Made by a program: the position numbers and the translations under genes. From an uncultured Hyphomicrobiales bacterium (GTDB lineage: Bacteria > Bacteroidota > Ignavibacteria > Kapaibacteriales > UBA2268), in NCBI GenBank assembly GCA_964634885.1, contig CAZWLN010000001.1, positions 135,932-199,931 of the forward strand: a stretch of 64,000 nt of DNA. The letters are read 5' to 3'. The notes under the pieces are model-generated. The model had not been told where the DNA came from and did no database searches. It worked only from the letters and a program-made list of their open reading frames with translations. Shown piece after piece: positions 10,765 through 20,066 of this stretch. Position 1 is the first letter of the stretch; each line of letters starts with the position of its first letter.

Positions 10765-11142
10765 ATGGAAAACCTGATATTGCCCGGTACTAAAACAACA
10801 CCTTACGTTAACTTCAACAGTAAAAGCAATGTCCTTGAATTGTCCGGCGAATCCTACCCGGAAAACGCCATCGAATTTTACAAGCAGGTATTTGAATGGT
10901 TGAAACACTATTTCAAAGAAGAGCCTGCCCTGACGACATTCAACTTCAAACTTATGTATTTCAACACAAGTTCGTCAAAAGCAGTTCTTGACATTCTCGA
11001 TGTACTCGACGACCTGTACAACGAAGGCTCCAAAGTCATCGTCAACTGGTATTACCAGGTTGACGACGAGGATATGCTCGAAAGCGGGCAGGAATTTGCC
11101 GAAGGGCTGTCCCTGCCGTTTAACCTGATTTCCTATGAATAG
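10765..11142 (+). CDS. DUF1987 (SiaC-like) partner-switch protein
   Basis: 125 aa. Family pattern TPYVNF...LELSGESYPENA..FY..V..WL..Y...F.FKLMYFNTSSSKAV..ILD.L......VIVNWYY..DDEDMLESGQEF. Confidence 0.7.
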   Translation: MENLILPGTKTTPYVNFNSKSNVLELSGESYPENAIEFYKQVFEWLKHYFKEEPALTTFNFKLMYFNTSSSKAVLDILDVLDDLYNEGSKVIVNWYYQVDDEDMLESGQEFAEGLSLPFNLISYE

Positions 11143-12127
11143 CGGCGGCGGGACAATGTCAAAAGACCAGATAAAAAAGGCGGATTTCGACAACATTTTC
11201 TCGACGGAGCTCTATTTCCTGAACCATGCAGAGGAAATTGCCGACAAAGCCGACATTATCTCACGTGAAGAACTGCTCGAGGAATTCAACAAGCTGACAC
11301 AGAACTACGCCAATCTGCTGAAACAGACAAAGAAGCTCATCAAGATAGGCGATTCCACCCAGCGTAAGCTGCGCAACGCCCACGTCAAGCTCGAAGACCA
11401 GAACGCCATGATCAACGCCCAGTACCAGAAACTGAGGGAACTGAACGCTACCAAGGATAAGTTCTTTACGATCATCTCCCATGACATCCGCAATCCAATC
11501 ACTTCCATCCTGATGATGGCCGAGATACTGAAGTATTCCTCAGACCGGCTGTCAAAAGAGGAACTGGGCGACAAGATCGGCTCCATCATCGAAGCCATCA
11601 AACGCGTTTTCGCCCTCTTTGACAACCTGCTCCGCTGGTCGCGCTCACAGACAGGCAGCATCAGCTTCATCCCGGAAAACATTGTCCTTTCTACCTTGGT
11701 TGACAAAGTGAGTACCCTGCTGGACATGGAGCTTTCGAACAAGAGCATTCGCTTTTCTACTGCCATACCCGACGACCTGGTGGTTTTCGGCGACAGGAAC
11801 ATGCTGGAGACAGTGTTCCGTAACCTCATCTCAAACTCCATCAAATTCTCCCACATTAACGGCGAGATCAAAGTCCTTACCGAAGTACAGAACAAAGAAG
11901 CCGTGGTTACCATCAGGGACAACGGCGTAGGCATCAATAAAGACGACATTAAAAAACTGTTCAGAATAGATGAGAATTACAAGACAAAGGGAACGGCCAA
12001 TGAGATGGGGTCAGGCCTGGGACTGTTGCTCTGCAAGGAGTTCGTGGAAAAGCACGGCGGCCAGGTCTGGGTAGAAAGCGTGGAAGGTAAAGGGTCCGAT
12101 TTCAAGTTTACAGTGCCAATTGCCTGA
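11135..12127 (+). CDS. Soluble sensor histidine kinase (HisKA + HATPase_c, no TM segment, no receiver)
   Basis: H-box FFTIISHDIRNPITSI. N, G1 and G2 boxes (NLISNSIKFS, IRDNGVGI, GSGLGLLLCKEFVEKHGG). N-terminal coiled coil. Overlaps the DUF1987 gene by 8 nt (alternative start ATG at 11156). Confidence 0.8.
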   Translation: MNSGGGTMSKDQIKKADFDNIFSTELYFLNHAEEIADKADIISREELLEEFNKLTQNYANLLKQTKKLIKIGDSTQRKLRNAHVKLEDQNAMINAQYQKLRELNATKDKFFTIISHDIRNPITSILMMAEILKYSSDRLSKEELGDKIGSIIEAIKRVFALFDNLLRWSRSQTGSISFIPENIVLSTLVDKVSTLLDMELSNKSIRFSTAIPDDLVVFGDRNMLETVFRNLISNSIKFSHINGEIKVLTEVQNKEAVVTIRDNGVGINKDDIKKLFRIDENYKTKGTANEMGSGLGLLLCKEFVEKHGGQVWVESVEGKGSDFKFTVPIA

Positions 12128-12154
12128 TGTTATACATTATTGCGCTGAAACAGC

Positions 12155-13216
12155 ATGCACGAAGCTCTTTTATATCAAAAAGCCGGAGACGGTTCGGGAG
12201 CGGTAAACTGCCGCCTGTGTTCCCATTACTGCCATATTGAAGAAGGCAACACCGGCACTTGTAAACTGCGTGTCAACGAGGACGGGACACTGTTCACCAT
12301 GAGTTGGGGCAACGCAGACGGAGCCGCCATCGACCCCATAGAGAAAAAACCCTTCTTTCATTACAAACCGAACACAAGGGTATTATCCTTCGGCACTCCC
12401 GGCTGCAATTTCCGCTGTCTCAACTGCCAGAACAGCCACCTGTCGCAGGTTTACAGGAACTATCACCCTCACTCCGACATGGAGAAAACACTCACTCCGG
12501 AACAGATTGTCAATTACGCGGAAAAGTACAAGGTGGACGGCATTGCCTACACCTACTCCGAACCTACCATCTTCTTCGAATATGCCCGCGACACTGTGCT
12601 GGAATGCAGAAGGAGGGAGGCCCTCTGTTCCGTTTTCCATGTCTTAGTGTCGAACGGCTTCTTCAGTCCCGAAATGCTTGAACTGAGCCTGAAAGAAGAC
12701 TTGTTTTCAGCAGTGAATATAGACCTGAAATTCATGAGCGACGGAAAATACAGGGATATTTGCGGAGGCAGGCTGCAGCCTGTGCTGGACAACATCCGTC
12801 GAGTGTATGATGCGCGCGAAAAGATGCACATGGAGATCATCAACCTGGTCATCCCCGGCGAGAACGACAGCGACGACGACTTCGTCAGGCTCTGCGAGTT
12901 CATGGCGTCGGTGTCGCCTGAGATTCCCCTTCATTTCAACAGGTTCTACCCGAAGTACAAAATGGCAAACAAGGACCTTACTGAACTGTCAACGTTGACG
13001 AGAGCAAAGGAGACAGCCATAAAGCACGGCCTGAAGTATGTTTACATAGGCAACGCCTCCCTCAGGGACTCGGAGAACACCTACTGTCCCGAATGTGGGG
13101 CCCTGCTCGTCGAACGCCATTATTATGAGATCGGCAGCAACTGCTTCGAAGCCCTGGAGCCTGGAGAGGAGCCACGCTGCCCCAAGTGCGGCGCCTTAGT
13201 AAATTTTGTGGTGTGA
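12155..13216 (+). CDS. amrS: AmmeMemoRadiSam-system radical SAM enzyme (AmrS-like) with C-terminal Zn-ribbon extension
   Basis: N-terminal CRLCSHYC...GTC Cys cluster. DPIEKKPFFHY. Radical SAM GCNFRCLNCQN CX3CX2C motif. C-terminal CPECG...CPKCG. Confidence 0.7.
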   Translation: MHEALLYQKAGDGSGAVNCRLCSHYCHIEEGNTGTCKLRVNEDGTLFTMSWGNADGAAIDPIEKKPFFHYKPNTRVLSFGTPGCNFRCLNCQNSHLSQVYRNYHPHSDMEKTLTPEQIVNYAEKYKVDGIAYTYSEPTIFFEYARDTVLECRRREALCSVFHVLVSNGFFSPEMLELSLKEDLFSAVNIDLKFMSDGKYRDICGGRLQPVLDNIRRVYDAREKMHMEIINLVIPGENDSDDDFVRLCEFMASVSPEIPLHFNRFYPKYKMANKDLTELSTLTRAKETAIKHGLKYVYIGNASLRDSENTYCPECGALLVERHYYEIGSNCFEALEPGEEPRCPKCGALVNFVV

Positions 13217-13440
13217 AGGTAAATTATAGTATTAATTAATCATGATATATTATTGTTAAGGAAAAGAAAATATTCGTACATTTGTATACAATAGTGTACA
13301 TTCACAATTTATTTGCATTAGGAAATAGAGGATGAAAGCATTTCATAGTAAAAAGGCTAAAGTATTTGAAAAATTTACATAGTTAGAACCTTCTTACACT
13401 CTTTAAATTAATTATTAAAATTACTTAATTTTAAAAATCT

Positions 13441-14637
13441 ATGGAAAAGACACAGAATTACATCATTTTACAAAATGGTTATACTCTATCCTACGATGAA
13501 ACTCAATGTTATGAGAATGATAAAGAGTATCAAAGTAATGATAGTGATAAAAGAGAACCCAATGAGATAATTAAAGAATTAAAGCATAAATTCTATAATG
13601 CTTTTTTTAAGAAACATTTTAGAAATCTTATTTTCCTTACTGCAGCTGGAACATCTCTAAATAATGGAGAAAACAGTGGTAAAACAAGAGAAGACCTTTG
13701 GAATGAATGCAAAGATGAAATTTCTTCATTAGAAAAAAAGGATAAGAATGTATCATCAAAACCTTTTTTTATAGAGAAAGATATTGAGGGGTTATTATCA
13801 TATATCATTCTCTATGAAAAAATTCATGGAGATTTGATAATTAATAAAAATGAATTATTAAAAGCAAAAATAGAAAAAAAAATATCTGAAACATGTAAAT
13901 TGGTACTTTCTGAAACTGCACCTCATAAAGAATTTCTTAATAAAATTACAGCAAGGAAGCCAAGTGAGCCAAGGATAAAACTATTTACAACAAATTACGA
14001 TACATTATTTGAACAGGCTGCCAATGAAGCAGGTTTTATTATTATTGATGGTTTTTCTTATACACAGCCTAGAAGGTTTTCTGGAAGGTATTTTGATATT
14101 GATATTGTAAACCGAGAAAAAACAAGAATCAAACAGGAAGAAAGTTTTCTTTCTAAAGTATTCCATTTGTATAAATTACATGGTTCTGTAAATTGGACAA
14201 AAGAAAATAACACAATATTGTTAAAAGAAAACCCAACAAATCCACTAATCATCTATCCGGCATCTGAAAAATATGAAAGTTCATATGAACAACCCTACTT
14301 CGAGATGATGTCGAGATTTCAATCATCCCTCAGACAAGAAAATACATTATTAATAGTTATTGGTTTTGGTTTTAAAGACAAACATATTCAAAATGTAATT
14401 ATAGAAGCTGTGGAACAAAATCCAAGTTTTCAACTTGTGATAATAAATTATAGTAATAGTAATAGTATTCAGACAACCAATTTAGAATCATTTTTTCTTA
14501 ATGTAGATGCAATGAAAGTCAAAAGAAATGTGACCATAATATTTGATAACTTTAGTGGATTTGTCGATAATTATCCATCAAATCTAACATATATTGAACA
14601 ACAAAAGGATAACAATAATGAATCCATTCAGCCATAA
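13441..14637 (+). CDS. SIR2-like (SIR2_2 family) protein, probable NADase effector of a SIR2-HerA defence pair
   Basis: Motifs IFLTAAGTS, KLFTTNYDTLFEQA and LYKLHGSVNW are characteristic of defence-associated SIR2 domains. The gene is very AT-rich. Confidence 0.7.
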   Translation: MEKTQNYIILQNGYTLSYDETQCYENDKEYQSNDSDKREPNEIIKELKHKFYNAFFKKHFRNLIFLTAAGTSLNNGENSGKTREDLWNECKDEISSLEKKDKNVSSKPFFIEKDIEGLLSYIILYEKIHGDLIINKNELLKAKIEKKISETCKLVLSETAPHKEFLNKITARKPSEPRIKLFTTNYDTLFEQAANEAGFIIIDGFSYTQPRRFSGRYFDIDIVNREKTRIKQEESFLSKVFHLYKLHGSVNWTKENNTILLKENPTNPLIIYPASEKYESSYEQPYFEMMSRFQSSLRQENTLLIVIGFGFKDKHIQNVIIEAVEQNPSFQLVIINYSNSNSIQTTNLESFFLNVDAMKVKRNVTIIFDNFSGFVDNYPSNLTYIEQQKDNNNESIQP

Positions 14638-16375
14638 TTACTTTTTAGGATATATCAATGAAGTCACTCCACAGTATGTAAAAATACACTTCCCATCTTC
14701 AGGTTTATTAGACAAATTTTGTCATGAAGGTAATGATTACTCAGGTGGAAAAGTTGGAAATTTTGTAGTAATCGAAGGAGAAGAATATGGTTTTTTGGCT
14801 AGAATCTTAGAAATCAACCTTCCTGACAGTGAGAAAAAAGAAATAAATGAAAAAGCAATTCAACATGATGAAACAACATTTCACCCTTCTGGTAAAGCTG
14901 AACTTTTATTATGCTTCAGCGTATATGACCCCCAAAAAGCTATGAAAACAGTATCAAAGTATCCTACAATAGGCGCAAAAGTATATTCTTGTTCTGATGA
15001 ACAAATTGCTGAATATGTAAAACAATTTGGAAAAAATGAAAAAGAAATTGATAATATATACGGTGAGTTAGGAAAACTGACTTCTAACAATGCTATTTGT
15101 AGAATTTCATTAAATTCTCTATTCGGAAGACATTGTGCCGTTGTTGGAACAACTGGAGGAGGTAAAAGTTGGACAATCGCAAAATTAATTGAAGAGATTA
15201 CAAAAGTAACTGATAATAAAGTTATACTAATTGATGCAACAGGTGAGTATAGCAAATTAGAGACTAAGTCCTTAACTTTAGGTAAGGATACGTTTTTCCC
15301 ATATCAAAAATTAACCATACCAGACCTATTTTTTCTGTTACGTCCTACGGGTCAATCTCAGAGGCCAATATTATTAGAAGCTATAAGATCATTAAAAATG
15401 AGAAGGCTTTTAAATATTAATTTACAAGATGATGAATCAATACTAAAAAAAGCTAAACAACAAAAACAACGTATATTAAAATTTTATCAAGATAAAATAA
15501 AAGAAATTGAGGATAATTCTTGTAATTTTGACATTAACTTTCTTATTTCTCAAATTTTTGAGGAATGTGTCTATCAAAATGGTTTTAATGATACAAACTC
15601 TTGGGGTGATTATGATAGGAAAACATATGACTACCAGACAACACTTATAAATAGAATTACTGATCTTATTAATAATAAGATATTTAATAGTCTTTTAGGC
15701 TTTACTGAAATTCCTTGCAATAATACATCTATTATTGAACAGATAGAAGAATTTGTTTCAAATAAAAAAGGAAATGTAAAAGTATTGAGACTGAATTTTG
15801 AGAATATCCCCTCTTTATATTCAGTTAAAGAAATAATCTCAAATGCTATTGCATCGTTCCTTTTAAATGAAGCCAGGCAAACAAGATTTAAAGAGTCACC
15901 TATAATTTTAATATTAGATGAAGCTCATCAGTTTTTAAATAAAAGTGTGAAAGATGAGTTTTTTGATAGTAACACATTGGATTCTTTTGATTTAATAGCG
16001 AAAGAATGCCGCAAATATGGGCTTTTTTTATGTCTAGCTACTCAGATGCCCCGTGATATACCTATTGGGACTTTAAGCCAGATGGGTACATTTATTGTTC
16101 ACAGACTAATCAACGAACAAGATAAGAAGGCAATAGAAAATGCTGCTTCATCTGCTAATAGAAGTGCTTTGTCATTTTTACCAATTTTAGGAGAGGGTGA
16201 AGCATTACTTATTGGTGTTGATCTCCCAATGCCTTTACTAATAAAGATACATGAACCAACGATAAAACCAGAGTCCAATACACCGAGGTTAAAAAAAAGG
16301 GCTGATCAGGAAATGAATAACAATGTGGATCAAAAAATAAAAGAACTATTCGGGGCAGTACCTTTAAACATGTAA
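14594..16375 (+). CDS. herA: HerA-like FtsK/HerA-superfamily ATPase (SIR2-HerA partner)
   Basis: Walker A VVGTTGGGKSWT. Walker B ILILDEAHQF. About 590 aa. Overlaps the SIR2 gene (an alternative ATG at 14618 gives a 20-nt overlap). Confidence 0.75.
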   Translation: MNNKRITIMNPFSHNYFLGYINEVTPQYVKIHFPSSGLLDKFCHEGNDYSGGKVGNFVVIEGEEYGFLARILEINLPDSEKKEINEKAIQHDETTFHPSGKAELLLCFSVYDPQKAMKTVSKYPTIGAKVYSCSDEQIAEYVKQFGKNEKEIDNIYGELGKLTSNNAICRISLNSLFGRHCAVVGTTGGGKSWTIAKLIEEITKVTDNKVILIDATGEYSKLETKSLTLGKDTFFPYQKLTIPDLFFLLRPTGQSQRPILLEAIRSLKMRRLLNINLQDDESILKKAKQQKQRILKFYQDKIKEIEDNSCNFDINFLISQIFEECVYQNGFNDTNSWGDYDRKTYDYQTTLINRITDLINNKIFNSLLGFTEIPCNNTSIIEQIEEFVSNKKGNVKVLRLNFENIPSLYSVKEIISNAIASFLLNEARQTRFKESPIILILDEAHQFLNKSVKDEFFDSNTLDSFDLIAKECRKYGLFLCLATQMPRDIPIGTLSQMGTFIVHRLINEQDKKAIENAASSANRSALSFLPILGEGEALLIGVDLPMPLLIKIHEPTIKPESNTPRLKKRADQEMNNNVDQKIKELFGAVPLNM

Positions 16376-16672
16376 AAATCAATGAAAGATATTAAACAAA
16401 CATAATTAAATTGAATGTACAAGTATAGATATTGAAATCATATACTACTAAAGATATTCAATTCATTATATTATATATACAATTATTCTAATTGTTTGAA
16501 TTATTTATGTTTATTTCACGAAGTGGAATTTTCACTGTATATATTAATCAAATTTAATTCATATATAGTAGCGGTAGATTAAGGATAATTTCTTAATTTT
16601 AAGTTTTTGTTTTGATATTTTCCGGAAAATGTTTGCCGGAGTGATAAAGATTGTTGAATTGATGGGGTGATT

Positions 16673-18595
16673 ATGTCGGAATTCTTGTTTAAACCATTTG
16701 AAGAAATGACTGAGAAGGATTATGCCGAAGTGGGATTTATGTCGGGCCTGGAAATACACCAGCAGTTGTTTACGGACAGGAAATTGTTCTGCCGCTGCCC
16801 TGCCGGCCACTACAGCGACGAATACCATGCGGAAATCCTTCGCCACATGAGGCCTACGCTCTCCGAACTGGGTGAATATGACGGTACGGCCTTGATGGAA
16901 TTTAAAACCAAAAAAGATATTATTTACAGAATAAACAGGAATACTGTTTGCACTTACGAGATGGACGACACACCGCCTTTCGAGATGAACGAAGACGCTC
17001 TGGACATAGGCATAGAAGTGGGTATGCTCCTCAACGCCAAAATCGTCGATGAGATACACATCGCCCGTAAGCAATACCTCGACGGCAGCATCCCGACAGG
17101 CTTCCAGAGAACCGCCATCATCAGTGTCGGCGGCTGGATACCGTTCAAAGACAGGAAGATCAACATCATACAGATGTCCATCGAAGAAGACTCCTGCCGC
17201 GAATACAGCGACAAAGGGCACACAAGGATTTACCTGACAGACAGGCTCGGAATGCCGCTTATCGAAACGGTTACCCATCCTGACATGAAAACTCCCCAGG
17301 AAGTTGCAGAAGTCAACGACATACTACGCAGGCTGTCACGCAGCACAGGCAAAGTAAGAACCGGCGTGGGCGCCACCCGCCAGGACGTTAACGTAAGCGT
17401 CAGGGGAGGCACCAGGATTGAGATCAAAGGCGTGCCAAGCATAAAGAGAATACCTTTACTTACATACAACGAAGCAATGAGGCAGTGGAACCTCCTAAGG
17501 CTCAGAACCGAAATGCACAACAGGGGCATCACCGAAACCACCTTCGAACACAAAGTGGACGAAGTGACAAACCTCCTGAAGAAAACCCACTACCAGCCCA
17601 TCGCCGACGCCATAGGCCAGGGTAAGAGAGTACTTGCCGTAACACTGCGCAAATGCAAAGGCCTCCTGAGATGGCAAACACAGACAGACACTACCTTCGC
17701 TAAAGAGATATCCGACAGGGTACGCGTCATTGCCTGCCTCACCGACCTGCCAAACATTACCCACTCCGACTATCCCGGCGAAACAATTTCCTCGGCAGAC
17801 GGCAGCAGGATCAGGCAGAAAGTCGGAGCCGGCAAAGACGACGCTTTGGTACTCGTATGGGGCAGCGAACAGGATACGGAATGTGCAGCCCGCGAGATCG
17901 CCATCCGCGTAAAAGAAGCCACAATCGGCGTTCCTTCGGAAACACGCCAGGCTCTCTCAGACGGAACCAACGGATTCGAGAGGATTCTCCCAGGTCCCGA
18001 GAGGATGTATCCCGACACTGACCTTCCTCCGAAGAAGCTCTCAGACGAGCGTAAGGAAGCCATCAGGAAAGGCCTGCCCGAACAAATATGGAGAAGAGAA
18101 GGCTGGTACCGCGAGATCGGCGTACATGAGGATTTCATCAAAGAACTGGCAAAATCTAAGTTCGCCCCTACTTTCGAAAAATTGGTCAAGGACTGGGACA
18201 TCGACCCCAAACTGCTGTCCTTCGTCCTGATACCTTACATGAAACGACTTAAGAAAAAGAAGATTGATATTAATTTGTTGAGCGATGAGATCATACTTAA
18301 GATCTTCGACGCCTATCGCACCAAAAAAATCATCAGGGAAGGCATCTTCGTTGCAGTGGAGAAATCGCTGAACCAAGGCAAATTTACTAAGGAAGTTCTT
18401 CCTAAGCCCGTCAACCTCGACGATATTAAAGACTTCGCAAAGAAAAGCCTTACAGAAGTAAAGAAGATGACTCTTTACTATCCTGACAACCTTCAGAAGA
18501 TACTTATGGGTGTGGTAATGAACAAATACCGCGGGAAGATCAGCGGCGCAGAAACAATAAAATATGTCGAAGAATTAGCTCAACAGGAGGGATAA
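16673..18595 (+). CDS. gatE: Glutamyl-tRNA(Gln) amidotransferase subunit E (archaeal-type GatE)
   Basis: GLEIHQQL...KLFCRCP N-terminal GatB/E signature. About 640 aa, the length of GatE with its insertion domain rather than the ~480 aa of GatB. ATG at 16673 is preceded by a GGGGTG RBS (the track start at 16667 is GTG). Confidence 0.75.
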   Translation: MSEFLFKPFEEMTEKDYAEVGFMSGLEIHQQLFTDRKLFCRCPAGHYSDEYHAEILRHMRPTLSELGEYDGTALMEFKTKKDIIYRINRNTVCTYEMDDTPPFEMNEDALDIGIEVGMLLNAKIVDEIHIARKQYLDGSIPTGFQRTAIISVGGWIPFKDRKINIIQMSIEEDSCREYSDKGHTRIYLTDRLGMPLIETVTHPDMKTPQEVAEVNDILRRLSRSTGKVRTGVGATRQDVNVSVRGGTRIEIKGVPSIKRIPLLTYNEAMRQWNLLRLRTEMHNRGITETTFEHKVDEVTNLLKKTHYQPIADAIGQGKRVLAVTLRKCKGLLRWQTQTDTTFAKEISDRVRVIACLTDLPNITHSDYPGETISSADGSRIRQKVGAGKDDALVLVWGSEQDTECAAREIAIRVKEATIGVPSETRQALSDGTNGFERILPGPERMYPDTDLPPKKLSDERKEAIRKGLPEQIWRREGWYREIGVHEDFIKELAKSKFAPTFEKLVKDWDIDPKLLSFVLIPYMKRLKKKKIDINLLSDEIILKIFDAYRTKKIIREGIFVAVEKSLNQGKFTKEVLPKPVNLDDIKDFAKKSLTEVKKMTLYYPDNLQKILMGVVMNKYRGKISGAETIKYVEELAQQEG

Positions 18596-19983
18596 TGGCA
18601 CAGAACGAAGACTATAAAGGCTACCGCGGCCAAACGCTCGAGGTACTGCAAAAATACGAAGCAATGATCTGGAGCGATGTTGAAATTGAAACCACAGACG
18701 GCGACTTCATCGGGAAAATACTGCCCAGGTCTGAAAACGCCGACGATAAACATATTGTACTTAAGCTCATCACCGGTTACAACATCGGCATTGCCTCTGC
18801 CAAAGTACAAAACATGAAGATTCTTGGCCGCAAGATCATCAACTATAAAATTCCTGAAAAGGCTTTCCCGTACGATCCGAAGAAACCGAGAGTCAAGCTC
18901 TTCGGTACCGGCGGCACCATCGCCAGCCGTCTCGATTACCGTACCGGCGCAGTCATTCCGGCCTTCTCGCCAGGCGAACTGTACGGTTCGGTTCCTGAAC
19001 TGGCAGACGTCTGCAACTTGGAAACAGATAAGCTTTTCGGTGTTTTCAGCGAGAACATGGGCCCCGAGCAGTACAAGATCTGCGCTGAGAGAATCGGCGA
19101 AGAGATTGAAAAGGGTGTAAAAGGCATAGTCATCGGGCACGGTACCGACACAATGCACCACACTTCGGCCATCCTGTCGTTCATGGTACAGAATTCACCT
19201 GTACCGATTGTAATGGTAGGTTCACAGCGTTCCAGCGACAGGCCTTCGTCAGACGCAGCGCTTAACCTGATCCACAGCGTTAAGACAGCCGCCGAGAGCG
19301 ACATCGCCGAGGTAATGGTCTGTATGTTCGGCCCCACATCCGACACTTACGGCCTGCTTCACAGAGGCACACGCGTACGTAAGATGCACTCCAGTTACAG
19401 GTCAACCTTCAGGACCATCGGCGACATTCCCCTTGCCATGGTCAACAGGGACAAGATTACTCCGCTGCGCAGCGACTACAAAAAGAGAAGGAACGACAAG
19501 AACGTTACAATCAACACCGCCTTCGAAGAGATGGTAACAATACTCTATTACTATCCCAACATGAGGCCGGACCTGATCTACTCGCTCATCGACAACGGCT
19601 ACAAAGGCATAGTAATTGCCGGCACAGGCCTGGGCCATGTCAACAAACCGCTCTACCCGGCGCTGAAACGCTGCCAGGAAGCCGGCGTTGCCGTTTACAT
19701 GACCGTACAGACCCTCTGGGGCTATGTACAGATGTACGTTTACGAGACAGGCAGGGAGATGATGGACCTTGGAGTCATTCCTCTCGCCAACGTCCTTCCC
19801 GAAGTAGCTTATGTTAAACTCGGCTGGGCTATGGGACAAACCAACGACCTCGACGAAGTAAAGAAGATTATGCTCACTCCCGTTAACGGCGAGCTTACCG
19901 ACAGGGAACCCAGCAACGGCTACCTGATCTACCAGGGCGGCATTCCCGAGGTAGAAGAGTTCATCTCGCAGTACAGGAAGTAA
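18595..19983 (+). CDS. gatD: Glutamyl-tRNA(Gln) amidotransferase subunit D (archaeal-type GatD, asparaginase-like)
   Basis: N-terminal GatD-specific domain followed by an asparaginase fold. LFGTGGTIAS and GIVIGHGTDTM motifs. Start overlaps the gatE stop (TAATG). Confidence 0.75.
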   Translation: MAQNEDYKGYRGQTLEVLQKYEAMIWSDVEIETTDGDFIGKILPRSENADDKHIVLKLITGYNIGIASAKVQNMKILGRKIINYKIPEKAFPYDPKKPRVKLFGTGGTIASRLDYRTGAVIPAFSPGELYGSVPELADVCNLETDKLFGVFSENMGPEQYKICAERIGEEIEKGVKGIVIGHGTDTMHHTSAILSFMVQNSPVPIVMVGSQRSSDRPSSDAALNLIHSVKTAAESDIAEVMVCMFGPTSDTYGLLHRGTRVRKMHSSYRSTFRTIGDIPLAMVNRDKITPLRSDYKKRRNDKNVTINTAFEEMVTILYYYPNMRPDLIYSLIDNGYKGIVIAGTGLGHVNKPLYPALKRCQEAGVAVYMTVQTLWGYVQMYVYETGREMMDLGVIPLANVLPEVAYVKLGWAMGQTNDLDEVKKIMLTPVNGELTDREPSNGYLIYQGGIPEVEEFISQYRK

Positions 19984-20016
19984 TTTCCGGTCAATAATAC
20001 CTATGCAAATAAATAG

Positions 20017-20047
20017 AAGCCCGATTCACAGCGAGTCGGGCTTTTAC
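20017..20047 (+). terminator. Rho-independent terminator after gatD: AAGCCCGA-(11 nt loop)-TCGGGCTT followed by TTTAC; possibly bidirectional for the convergent minus-strand gene
   Basis: Perfect 8-bp stem read directly from the sequence. Short T tract. Confidence 0.6.
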
Positions 20048-20066
20048 GTAATAACCACATTATTTA

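Noticed and set aside
12304-12681. 125-aa Arg-rich ORF (also 40744..41187 inside glmS and 47336..48260 inside ribBA)
   Set aside because: Alternative-frame ORFs embedded within strongly supported genes (amrS, glmS, ribBA). Their composition is typical of off-frame translation.
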